This document shows positions 42,071 through 54,365 of a stretch of 64,000 nt of DNA, piece after piece. The notes beneath the pieces were generated by a model that searched no databases, had not been told where the DNA came from, and saw nothing but the letters and a program-made list of their open reading frames with translations. This DNA is from Octopus vulgaris (taxonomy: Eukaryota): NCBI GenBank assembly GCA_951406725.2, contig OX597814.1:183024001-183088000 (forward strand). Direction: 5' to 3'. Position 1 is the first letter of the stretch. The number at the start of each line of letters is the position of its first letter. The translations under genes were made by a program, and so were the position numbers.

Positions 42071-42561
42071 GAGTATTGCATTTGATGAAATACTATTGAA
42101 TGCCTCGTTTTGACTTGATACGCCAAAAGCAAATATGATCGATAGTTGCTTGTAATGAGGCTTAATGAAACTGAAACAGCTCAAATAGGAATCGATTATG
42201 CATCAATGAATATCGTGTTCGATGGAGTCAAGATTTTGACTACCTGTTTGTGGTATAATGCTAAAGTATTGGGTTGTCCGAAAAGTACGTGCCGATTTTT
42301 AAAGGAAAGAAAAAGGCTAATAAATACTAAAACCCAAAAGAACCCAACCAAATTAATATCTGACAAACTTTTCACTTCACTTATGAACACCAAATATTCG
42401 AGAAAATGTCATTCTTGATCCCATTAATCCACACATTCTTCATTTTCACTTGAAATATGGAGTCAAACCACTACAATCAACCAGTGTATTACACCAAAAA
42501 CCTTCCACAAAGATTGTATTGTGATTAGAACATCAACAAAACACTATATGAATCGTACAAA

Positions 42562-43131
42562 TTATTGGGTTGTCTGGAAAGTTCGTGCCCATTTTGAAAG
42601 GAAAGAAAAAGGCTGATAAATACTTGCCATTACATTTTTAATCAACTAAATATGAACCATTTTGTTGCACAATGCGTCTCCATCTTTCCTTTAACTTGAA
42701 AATACCTTCTTCCCAGAATTGAGGTGGCTTCATAGCAAAGAATTCATCAAGGTATCTTTTTACGTCATCCAAGGAATTGAAATTTTTACCATTAAGACTA
42801 TTCTGCAGAGACCTGAATAAATGGAAATCCAAAGGAGCAATATCTGGTGAATATGGAGGGTGGGTAACACATCCCAGCTGAGCTGCAGCAATTTTTGTCT
42901 GGTTCCCAAAGCATCAAGTGCCGAAAATGAACTTTCTTATCTTCCATTTTAAAGGGTTACAGAATTAACACAGGTTATAGGAACATAAAAATTCTTCCAC
43001 GAAAGATAGCTTAAACTGTACTCTAAATAGAGATGTAGTCAAATCTTATTTTATGAACTCAACCATGTTCTAAAATAAGTCGAAAGGTAAGCTACTATAA
43101 AATCGGCACGAACTTTCCGGACAAGCCAATA
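42562..43131 (-). mobile_element. internally deleted mariner element; extra orphan TIR copy at 42267-42330
   Basis: TIRs TATTGGGTTGTCTGGAAAGTTCGTGCC / GGCACGAACTTTCCGGACAAGCCAATA; PPYSPDIAPLDFHLFRSLQNSL...ERWRRIVQQNGSYLVD. Confidence 0.9.
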
Positions 43132-43571
43132 GAATATAATACAAAAATAGTGTACATGTGTGTTAATGCTTGACGTAGATATTACTGTAAATAAAGTTCC
43201 TGCAGCTAAGTCTATATAGATAATCATGTTTTCAACTACTTTATTTCCATATAACTTTGTTTTCCTTGATTCTGAACTGTAATATGATGCAATGGATCCT
43301 TATTGCAAATATATAATCATTAATGCCACTTTTGTTGTCCGCTATGAAAATGTGATATTAACAAATGCCACTAATTACCACTTCTTTGAGAAGATAAGAC
43401 CAAAATGGTTTAGAAATGTTGATGAATCGAGGAACTTTATTGTTCCAAGCTAAGCATAAATCATTTATAATAAACCTTAATACAAATAAAGTCCCTAATA
43501 AGAATGATCAAAGCATTCATGTTTTCAATATATTCGCAATACAAACTGTTCCTAATTATATACTCACATGT

Positions 43572-44135
43572 AAGGCGACGAGCTGGCAGAAATGTTAGCA
43601 CGCCGGGCGAAATGCTTAGCGGTATTTCGTCTGTCGCTACATTCTGAGTTCAAATTCCGCCGAGGTCGACTTTGCCTTTCATCCTTTCGGGGTCGATAAA
43701 TTAAGTACCAGTTACGCACTGGGGTCGATGTATTCAACTTAATCCCTTTGTCTGTCCTTTTTTGTCCCCTCTATGTTTAGCCCCTTGTGGGTAATAAAGA
43801 AGTAGGTATTTCGTCTGCCGCTACGTTCTGAGTTCAAATTCCGCCGAGGTCGACTTTGTCTTTCATCCTTTCGGGGTCGATGCATTAAGTACCAGTTACG
43901 CACTGGGGTCGATGTATTCAACTTAATCCCTTTGTCTGTCCTTTTTTGTCCCCTCTGTGTTTAGCCCCTTGTGAGTAGTAAAGAAATAGGTATATCGTAC
44001 GTCGCTACGTTCTGAGTTCAAATTCCGCCGAGGCTCGACTTAGCCTTTCATCCTTTCGGGGTCGATGAAAAAAGTACCAGTCGAGTATTGGGGCTGATAT
44101 AATCGACTATCTCCTTTTCCCTTGTGCCTATAGTA
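43572..44135 (+). mobile_element. SINE family B trimer (one head plus 184-bp tandem units)
   Basis: GGTATTTCGTCTG-like junction at 43621, 43805 and 43989. Confidence 0.9.
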
Positions 44136-44344
44136 GTGGGGCCCTTGTACGGGAGTTCCAGGTTTTTAGGGGCATGGAACCACCTTTTACCCACAATTGT
44201 TCTCAGGTCTACTCTGACTCTGTCGAATAACGCCTCTTAAGATCACATCTATGCGTTAATTAGCGTATATTACCTAAGTTACCATCTCCCATCAATGCGT
44301 TAATTAGCATGTTACCTAAGTTACCTTCTCATGTCATACCTACT

Positions 44345-44530
44345 AATAAGCACCTGCTTTCCGGTTTTATGACGTATGTATTCCCTACCTGGACGGTCCA
44401 TCGCAGGATTACTAATTTTTGCTTGCTGATGGACTGGAGCAACGCGAACTGAAGTGCTTTGGTCAAGAACCGAAACCACAATCTTACAATCGTGAGGCCA
44501 ACACCCTAACCTTTAAACCACACGCCTCTA
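44345..44530 (-). mobile_element. decayed SINE family D head with tail type 4 (V-SINE-like)
   Basis: Minus strand GAGGCGTGTGG..GGTTAGGGTGTTGGCCTCACGA...CCTGCGATGGACCGTCCAGGTAGGG...AAAACCGGAAAG. Confidence 0.6.
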
Positions 44531-45109
44531 CAATTAGCATATTAGCCATAGGGAGTAAAGGATCCTTAGTTGAAGTGCGGTTGGTTTCTGGTTGTCTCAA
44601 CTTATGTTGAGCAAGTGGTTCTATAGTAAATTTCCCTGAAAGGTGGGTTTAGTGCAAAACTTCTTTTACTCAACGGAGGACTCGGAACGCATGCAAGGAC
44701 TTACTGAGTTTAGGGAGTGGTCTTACTCAGTCACCAGTTGACTATCTCTCTCTCTCCCTCCCCTCCCCCTCTCCCCTTCACCCTCTACTCCCTCCCCTTC
44801 CCCATCTATCTCACTCCTCTCCACATCTCTACTCCTCCCCCTCTCCCCTTCTCACTTCCTCTCCCCATCCCACACCTCTTTCCCCCCACCCTCACCACTT
44901 CCCCCTTTCACCCCCTCTCTCTTACACACGCGCGCACACACACACAAAAACACAGAATGAAGTCAAGCCAAGTAAGACTATTTTAAATACATTTAATACG
45001 TGCGTTTCAGATAACTGTACAATAGATAAAAAAAAAAGAGGATTTCAATCCCTTTCGCAAAATCTTCCTTTTAGTTTAGTCATATCGTTAGTTGGTTTGA
45101 CTTTATCAT

Positions 45110-45502
45110 CAGGAGTGGCTGTGTGGTAAGTAGCTTGCTAACCAACCGGTTCCGGGTTCAGTCCCACTGCGTGGCATCTTGGGCAAGTGTCTTCAGCTAT
45201 AGCCCCGGGCCAACCAATGCCTTGTGAGTGGATTTGATAGACGGAAACTGAAAGAAGCCTGTCGTATATATGTATATATATATAAGTGTGTGTGTATATG
45301 TGTGTGTGTCTGTGTTTGTCCCCCTAGCATTGCTTGACAACCGATGCTGGTGTGTTTACGTCCCCGTCACTTAGCGGTTCGGCAAAAGAGACCGATAGAA
45401 TAAGTACTGGGCTTACAAAGAATAAGTCCCGGGGTCGATTTGCTCGACTAAAGGCGGTGCTCCAGCATGGCCACAGTCAAATGACTGAAACAAGTAAAAG
45501 AG
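45110..45502 (+). mobile_element. SINE family A, near full length
   Basis: CAGGAGTGGCTGTGTGG...AACAAGTAAAAGAG. Confidence 0.92.
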
Positions 45503-45852
45503 TATACATCATATCATTCTATATCTGTACAAGCTAACTAGTTTTTTAACTCCACTCACACAGATACAGTTACAAACAAACCCTCATACAAACAACATGG
45601 ACTAAAAATTCCTTAAGATACAACGAAATTGCAATATTTTCACCATATTTCCCAGTCATGATTAGCAAAACGCAGAACCAGGAGACTATCATAACATTCT
45701 GTCTTATGCATTTCCCATTTTTTGTTATATATCTTTTACTACACCTTATATGTATAGTTAATCCAAACATGAACAAAGAGAAAACAACAACGCGAGGACG
45801 TGGAACAAGTATAGTGTTATTGAACGGTTAGGAAAGGAAAGAAAGAAGGAGG

Positions 45853-45887
45853 ATTTAATGTTTCGAGCGGAGCTCTTCGTCAGAAAC
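45853..45887 (-). ncRNA. minimal type I hammerhead motif
   Basis: Minus strand GTTT-CTGACGA-A-GAGC(TCC)GCTC-GAAA-CA-TT-AAAT; related decayed copy at 61638-61671 with homologous flank. Confidence 0.7.
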
Positions 45888-46146
45888 ATAGAAAAAGGAA
45901 AGATCCAAGGAAGGGAAGACGGAAAAAGAAAATCGCCAACGATGCACACGCGGTCACACAAACACACACACACACATATATATAATTATATATATATATA
46001 TATATATCTCGAACCCACAAGTGTGAACAAGAGAGACAGAGCAAGGCAGAAACAAGGAAAATGCCACTTATATTTGAATACTATACAAATATTCCTTTAA
46101 GATAACATTTCTTTTAATTTTTCTAAATTTAATTATTTAATCGTTA

Positions 46147-46184
46147 CAGTTGAAAAGGTCTCAAAATGACTGAAACCGGTACTG
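46147..46184 (+). ncRNA. U3:A8-variant minimal hammerhead
   Basis: CAG-TTGAAAA-GGTC(TCAAAAT)GACT-GAAA-C-CG-G-TA-CTG; palindromic ACCGGT stem III; (TA)n about 55 nt downstream. Confidence 0.7.
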
Positions 46185-46232
46185 AAATGTTCTTTATAAA
46201 ATTATTTTAGCATTTTCTATTTTGACTTATTT

Positions 46233-46332
<100 letters not shown>

Positions 46333-46345
46333 GTATATATATATG

Positions 46346-46435
<90 letters not shown>

Positions 46436-47224
46436 CATAATCACATGTCTGAATGCTATACACGATTAAAATAGTGAAAATAAAACCAGTCGGTCAGTGA
46501 GAGACGAGTTGGAAAGAAAATAGATAAAACTCTACAACAGAGTGGGATTTTGAGAGGTAATGGTTAAAATAGCAGAGGCACGTAGAGAGAGGGAATGAAA
46601 AGAGAATGAAAGAGATAAAAAGACAAAGAGAGAGAGAAAGATAGATAGATAGATAGATACAGAGAAAGAGAGAGAAAGAGAGAGAGAGAGAGAAAAGGAT
46701 TTGTGTATGATATCATCGTAGTGTATGTGTATGTGTGTGACTGTATGTGTGTGTGAAGTCGTGAGGAAACGACGAGAAGAGGTGGATGTTAATTGAGAGA
46801 AAAATAATGAAGTATGCCAGTGAATGAGACAAAGAATAATGAAGGAGATTGAGTGAAGATGTTAAAAAAAGCAAAAAAAATTCCAAACAGGAGACACAGA
46901 TAATGTTGTCGAAGTTACGTGATGCCTGAAGATAAAACAGTAAAGACACGGCGCGTGCAGCTTTCATCACAGTTTAACCCAGTCACCGATGCATCTAGTC
47001 TAAATGACATTATGATCACAATAATCATGATGACGCTGACGATGATTATCATCATTAACAACAACGACGACAGCAACTCCATCCCACCACCCCACCTCCA
47101 CCACCATCATCAACAAAATCTATCGTACTGTGTAGCTGACGAACCTGCACTGGTGGATTGCTCCATCGCAAGAGAACAGCTCGGTTCTTCCAACCGTATG
47201 TGTACAGCAGACAAGAAGAGGTTA

Positions 47225-47535
47225 TAACAGCACAGCTCCCATGACTTCAGGAGACATTTTTTTCACGCTGAGAGTTGCTGAAGCATGGAACAAACTAACG
47301 GCATCAGTTGTTAGTTGTCGGAACACTGCATCCTTCAAAACTTCCATGCTTCCTGAGATTCGCCAACACTACACTTGATTTTCTCCCCTCCATACACACA
47401 CAAGCATGTATCTGACTCATACATTGTTCGCTTTCCAGACATTTCTACATTACTGCATGTACTTTATATGCACTTTCTGACAAGTTGAGGTGCACCTGAG
47501 CACTGTATACAATAATTTCATTATTATTATTATAA
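47225..47535 (+). pseudogene. CR1-like LINE 3' terminal fragment
   Basis: HSSHDFRRHFFTLRVAEAWNKLTASVVSCRNTASFK followed by a 3' UTR and (ATT)n tail. Confidence 0.8.
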
Positions 47536-47967
47536 TAAAGAAAGGAATAAGGACAGAATTAGAGAATGTGAGGCAGAAGGTGAAAGTGATGAAAGGAAAG
47601 AATGAGCATAAATGAGCATCTATATGGTCACGCTATCTGCCAGAAATAGTAGCCAAATGCCCCTCATACCACACAGTACAATCTTGTTATTATAAGTAGG
47701 GTTGACCTGAGGCCAGTGATAACAAAAGCAACTAAAATACGCCTGGTTAGAAGGTTAAAAAGTACATGAGTGTGCGTGCGTGTGTGTGTGTGTGCGTGTG
47801 TGTGTGTATGTGTGTGTCTGTGTGTGTGTGTATGTATGTAACTGCTAGATTAAAGGCATGTGTTACTACTTGAGTTATCAGGATGTTATGGTTGCCCTGA
47901 GAAGGCTACATGTTGGTTAATTCACACACATATACACACACATGCACACGCGCACTCGCACGCATAT

Positions 47968-48026
<59 letters not shown>

Positions 48027-50371
48027 GATAGAGACAAAGATGAAGAAAGGAAGAGCAAGAGTTTGATAAAAACGGAAAACAGGGAATGGCGAGGCAGAGG
48101 TGCGTTGCTCATTCTTCAATTCTAGTCAATGTTAAAGAATCAGTTAATTACTTATGTTCTACTCCATTGTGTGAAATTTCACCGAATTATAGATTTCTAT
48201 GCAGAAGAATTCTATTTTCCGTGGTAATGAAGCGAATAAGCAACAAAATAAAGTTTCATTTTCCAAGAGGCCTTCATGCATTAGTCTCAGAAATTTCAAT
48301 AGTTTCGACTGAATGAGTATTAGAACAAATTAAAAAATAATTAGACTTAGTGTAGACACTGTAATACGAATGCAGTGACCCTGTGGTAAAGATCGCTAAT
48401 GTCTGAAGCATTTAAAGAGTAGATTTATCGGTTGATCGAGTGACGGTTTGTCTCCTATCAAACCCCGTCGCTGCGCTGTATTCATCAAAGTGGCATATAA
48501 TTCTCAATGGTTCAAGCAGATTAAGCATAATATTTATTATGAGTACAAACAACTTGGTTCTTTGAGAAATATTGGTGCTCTATAACTGACGAGGGGCAAG
48601 AGCACCGATAGCTTGCTGTTAAGGGCTCGAATATTCATAATGTTTAGTCTCAACTAGCTGAATGTTATGTCTATAAGCGAACACGATCAACGACAATTGT
48701 CTTGATTCCCACCGTTAGCTATCTCTCACATCACCAATGCTCCTGTGAAAAGCATGATGATGAAAAAAAAAAAATTTCTTTAGGAATCTCGAACTTCCCA
48801 AAGTACTCAAACGGAGAAAAACTTATCATCTGGTTAGATGACTTGCCCGGACCAATGCAACTCCTCCACGTCAGACATTCCGATCGAGTGATGCGACATG
48901 GATGTCTAGCTTGAGTTTTAGTCACGTCGGTCTATCGCTTGCTGAAATATCTCAACTGTGCACGCCACGATCATAGATTATAGTAATAATTTGCTAACTG
49001 AACTGGTTGATCTTGGCCATTGACAGTTTGTTGTCTGTTCATCCGCTCAGCGCCTAGTGATGTTTGCTATTGATTCAATAAGATTTAGTTGTAGAAAGAG
49101 TTCACATTCACCACGCTGGAGTCCATAATTTCAACGTATTTTAGACGGGTGGTTACATATTATTTAACTCATAGCTAGGACACTGACAGACGCTACTATT
49201 CTGAGTCAGAGTGGACCTGGGAACATCAGCGGCTAAGAGGTGGTTTCACACTCCACGAAACCATGGAACTCCCGAACCAGGGCCCCATGACCGGAAAGTC
49301 ATACTCAGGACTGAATATACTATACCACAAAGTTATAATAAACTGTATTAAAAACTGACATCCCTTAAATCCGGTAAAGCCAGAGCATGGCAGCAGCCTG
49401 TCAAATATAATTTCTTTCATTCACTGGCTAAGACGCTGGCCTATCTCTGGCAGCATTCCTTAAACATCTGAACATCTGAAACTTACTTCAGACAACCGAC
49501 GTCGTTGTTTAATCCGTGGCCTACCCTGACAAAACAGATCTATGCTCAAACACATCTATCATCAAGGCCGTGCCATGCCTTCTCTTCTTGCATCATTCTT
49601 CTTCAAGGTTAAAAGATGAGAATTGAGGAAGGTTTGGCTGCTATTTCTAGCAGGTGCCTCTGTTTGGTTCATTTTAGGAAAGGCTGGATTATTAGATGTA
49701 CAGCTTTGTCTTAATAGACAACGGAACGATTGATGCAACGAATTGACGATTTGAACGTAAGTTCTTCGATGTGATGGACATCAAATCATCCGTTTTGCTT
49801 CTCATTTGCTTCACATTCGCTTCTAGGTCGACTTTACCTTTCATCATTTCGGGGCCGATATATTTAGTATCAAGTGAGTATTGGGGGTCGATGTAATCAA
49901 CTATCCTCCTTCCCCCAATTTCAGGCCTTGTGCCTAGACGAGAAAGGATTTTATAGTGACATTTTGGTATCGCGGTGTTATTATAGCAATGATTTACCGT
50001 TAATAAAGCACCGGGAACAATAATTGTAAGGATATGAAGGTTGAAGACAATCGTTTATAATCAAAATTATATCTGAATACTTTCACATTTACTGATAATT
50101 ATAATGTCTGAGAGTTCCTAACATCAGTTGCCATGTAAACAGCAGTAATGATCACCTAGGAGCAACTCACGATGTTCTACATATGTCAACGTTTGAAATA
50201 TAAATCATTACTATGTAATTTTCTTATGATTTTGCTGTGAAAGTAGAATCGCATCTAGATTTTGAAAACTTTCTAGCATTTTAATAATTTTGGTTTTTTT
50301 AAACAATAATAAAATTCCGCGTAGTTTTGTGGTAGTAAAAATCATTTTTTCGCAACAACGATAATAATAAT

Positions 50372-50409
<38 letters not shown>

Positions 50410-50729
50410 TGATGATGATGATGATGATGATAATAATAATATACATACATACTTACACACACTTAAACACGCACACAAATGCACACACACACATACACAC
50501 ACACACAGAGCGAAAGAGCTATTTTGGTAATCTAATAAGACACTAAACTATAAAATTCACTTTAGATGCATTATATGAAATAAATGTAGAGTGAATTTTA
50601 GAGTTTTATGTGTTATTAAATGGCTAGAATGGTTTATTTTTTCTGCCGTGCAATAGCTTCAGTTCAACACACGGTCTCAGACAGTTATTTGCTAGATAAG
50701 TACAGCTCATATACATAAATAAACAGCAG

Positions 50730-50921
50730 TGTGTAATGTTTTACCAAAAAGGAAAGCTATAATTGCCACTAAATATGGCTAGGGTGTTAGGAACACCTAC
50801 GTATGTTTTGGCTACATCATTAGAGCATTTTAGCTCTTATTTCTAGCAATGTAGGTGTTCCTAACACCCTAGCCATATTTAGTGACAATTATAGGTTTCC
50901 TTTTTGGTAAAACATTACACA
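50730..50921. repeat. fold-back with ~70-bp inverted arms just upstream of a hammerhead
   Basis: 50730-50800 is the near-perfect reverse complement of 50851-50921; shorter hairpin at 50533-50617. Confidence 0.9.
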
Positions 50922-50957
50922 TCGCTCGGAAACACCGATCGAACCAGTTGAGCCAGT

Positions 50958-51008
50958 CCTTACTGATGAGGCAGCGGAAATTGCCGAAATTGATCTGTCA
51001 GTATAGAG
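50958..51008 (+). ncRNA. type I hammerhead motif
   Basis: CCTTA-CTGATGA-GGCA(GCGGAAAT)TGCC-GAAA-TTGA(TCTG)TCAG-TA-TAGAG; stem I imperfect. Confidence 0.7.
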
Positions 51009-51068
51009 AATTCTCAATTGATGTTTTCGGACGATTATAGTCCCTATCAGTATATATATATCAGTATA

Positions 51069-51214
<146 letters not shown>

Positions 51215-51619
51215 CGTGTATGTGTGTGTGTGCGCGCGCGCGTTTTGCAACTACACGTATGTGATGTGTATGTGAGTGAATTACTAAAGAGTATAAGTGT
51301 CTTAATTGAAGTTCCAGTCAAAGACAAGTAAAGAATATATTACGTCTGCAATCACAAATCTCTCAATGGTGCAGTTAATGTTTTCACTATTTGGACGAAG
51401 GTTTTGATTGTTTTACGGACTCTCAAATATTCATTTATCCATTCGAATTTGCAGAGCTTTCACACCCAAAATTTTACTTTCTTCTATATCTGTCTATGTA
51501 TAGAACGTTGAATGTATTCATTTTGCAAATTACCTGCCCCTGCCATCTCTTCGACTAGCGCGTTAGCTACAATATTTGTTGACCTCTTTTTGCAGTTTAC
51601 TAGTCAAGGGTAACTTAAT

Positions 51620-51858
51620 GTTTATGTTGAACAGCTTGGCAATAACTGACGAGACTCGAGACTCTCAATGCAAATGAGAACACTTCCAGCTTATAACTTT
51701 AGGTCATCCATGTAGCAAAGGTTGTGGATGAGCCTATTTTAAGTTTATGCTGAACTGCTTGGCAATAACTGACGAGAGTCGAGACTCTCAATACAAGTGA
51801 GATCACTTCTAGCTTATAACTTTAGGTCATCCATGTAGCAAAAGTTGTGGATGAGCCT
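51620..51858. repeat. tandem duplication, 123-bp period
   Basis: GTTTATGTTGAACAGCTTGGCAATAACTGACGAGA at 51620 and variant at 51743. Confidence 0.9.
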
Positions 51859-53047
51859 GGTTCTTTCTCTACTTATGTAGATCATTAAATTACATTCTAT
51901 AATTAGCCAACTGAGAAGGAAGCCTTACATAATAAAGAAATCGTAGATACAACCACCTTGGAATATTTAATTAGATACTCCGTGAGACTGTGATTATAGC
52001 CATGATATTTTATAAAACGGCTGAAGGCTTCAGAAAGTTTATTCTTTATTGTTCGTTTAATGGTCCTCACCTTTGTGTCATCGAATTTGCGCGAATTAAT
52101 GAGCTGGGATTAGCACAAAGAATTTCCGTAATCAAACCAGAGTTAATAAATTCTTTTTGTGTATTTCGCAGCAACCATCTAATTAGGATTTTGTTAATAG
52201 GACTAGCGCATACACTGCGCCTGCTCTAAATGATTTGTTGGATTATAATTTAAAGGGAAATTTTTAGATGACCGTCAGACTAGCAATTCGTTTGTTGATA
52301 TTGACAATAATGTCCTTCAAGTAAGGAGCTATCTAATTACTCTTTTCGGATTATCTTGTGGTGTGTTCATTTAATGTTGTTTGTGCAGTATTTGAAAAGA
52401 CAATCACTAATAATTTTGAATGTGTTCAATGACAGAAATTTGCCAGTTCTGAAGCATTACAGATCAATCAAGTGAACTATAATGTTTAAGAAAGATGGCT
52501 TTTCTGCAATATAATAGTATTGATTCTAGACATGTAGTTCCTTGCCTTAAGAAAAATTGGCACTTTTCCTTTTTATAGCTGGCATGTTTTAAATCTTATC
52601 AAGAGAAAAAAAAAACCATGAACATTACGCAAAAAGAAAACATTGATGACTGAACAAAACGCCAATGATATCTTGCTTATAAATGTTTTTAACTTTTCGC
52701 CATTCCTATATGTCGGTCATTTTGAAATTTGAATGTTGATTGCCATCGAATTGAATTCGAAATTTGATGGAATGCTGCCAGGATAATATATCGCTTACCA
52801 AAGCAAAGAACTTGCGAAAGTTTCCGATTAACTCACTTGGCCGGGGAATTTCTCAAAGAGTTGTGTAATTTCATTTATTTTACCAAAATATTCACTTAAA
52901 AAGCAATTTTCTTCAATTCAAATGTCGATAGAAACTAAGTATTAGATTAAAGTTTTATAGTCAGCCATTGCTTAGATACAGACGCACATACACAAACTCT
53001 TGCAGTGGTGCATAGATATAAGATGCACGTGTTTGCATGTATATATG

Positions 53048-53318
53048 ACACTCCGTCGCTTACGACGATGATGGTTTCAGTTGATCGGAGTAACGGAAAA
53101 GCCTGCTCATGAAATTAACGTGCATGTGGTTGAGCACACCACAGATACGTGTATCCTTAACATGGTTCTCAGGGTGATTCATTTTTGCCAGCTGAGTGGA
53201 CTGGAGCATCGTGAAATAAAGTGTCTTGCTCAAGGACACAACGCGTCGCCGGGAATTGAACTTACGACCTTATGATCATGAGCCGAATACCCCTAACCGT
53301 TCAGCCAAGCGCCTTCAC
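53048..53318 (-). mobile_element. SINE family D
   Basis: Reverse-complement homologue of 16800-17112 with an internal deletion. Confidence 0.8.
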
Positions 53319-53479
53319 GCATATGCATATAAAGCTATACAATATAGAGATGTACATGGCTTTACACGCATGAACAAGTACACAAGCAAGCACACTCGCA
53401 CACACACATATATGAATGCACAGATACACAAATATAAGTATATGCAAATACGCGCTGATACATACATTCATATATATAT

Positions 53480-53678
53480 ACTCTTTACTCTTTTACTTGT
53501 TTCAGTCAGTTGACTGCGGCCATGCTGGAGCACCGCCTTTAGTCAACTTATTCTTTGTAAGCCCAGTACTTATTCTATCGGTCTCTTTTGCCGAACAGCT
53601 AAGTGACGGGGACATAAACACACCAGCACCGGTTGTCAAGCAAAGCTAGGGGGACAAACACAGACACACAAACATACA

Positions 53679-53726
<48 letters not shown>

Positions 53727-53889
53727 TACGACGGGCTTCTTTCAGTTTCCGTCTACCAAATCCACTCACAAGGCTTTGGTCGGCCCGAGGCTATAGTAGA
53801 AGACACTTGCCCAAGGTGCCACGCAGTGGGACTGAATCCGGAACCATGTGGTTGGTAAGCAAGCTACTTACCACACAGCCACTCTTGCG

Positions 53890-53893
<4 letters not shown>
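53480..53893 (-). mobile_element. full-length SINE family A
   Basis: Complete head and tail motifs. Confidence 0.92.
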
Positions 53894-53946
<53 letters not shown>

Positions 53947-54310
53947 TGAGAGATAGAGAGACAGCGAGCGAGCGAGAAAGAGAAAGAGCATTCTCTAAGC
54001 GAATGTTAAGAACTCTGATGTCGTATTTTGTTGGGTTTAATAATCTAATGTATGAAATTATTCACATAGTCTTTAAGATTAAAATACGGTCGTTTACTTG
54101 TAATCGGTTCTGCGTTGGCGTCAATTTCTAGATCATTTGGCTTTAGGAGCATGAATGTCGTTGTCATTCGGAATCTTCCTAACTTCTTCTGCACTCATTT
54201 GAAAACTAATTTAATAAAGGTCTGTGGTATGTACATTTATCAAATATATTCCAGTATAAATTAAAAGCTAAAACGCTATATGTGTGCTTGTATGCACATG
54301 TGTATGTGTG

Positions 54311-54358
<48 letters not shown>

Positions 54359-54365
54359 TATATAT

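Noticed and set aside
43572-44135. CRISPR-like or satellite array
   Set aside because: Units are SINE bodies with no unique spacers, in eukaryotic DNA.
48583-48621. CTGACGA-GGGGC(AAGA)GCACC-GATA motif
   Set aside because: GAAA and the cleavage site are both mutated; plausible relic, but unsupported without homologues.
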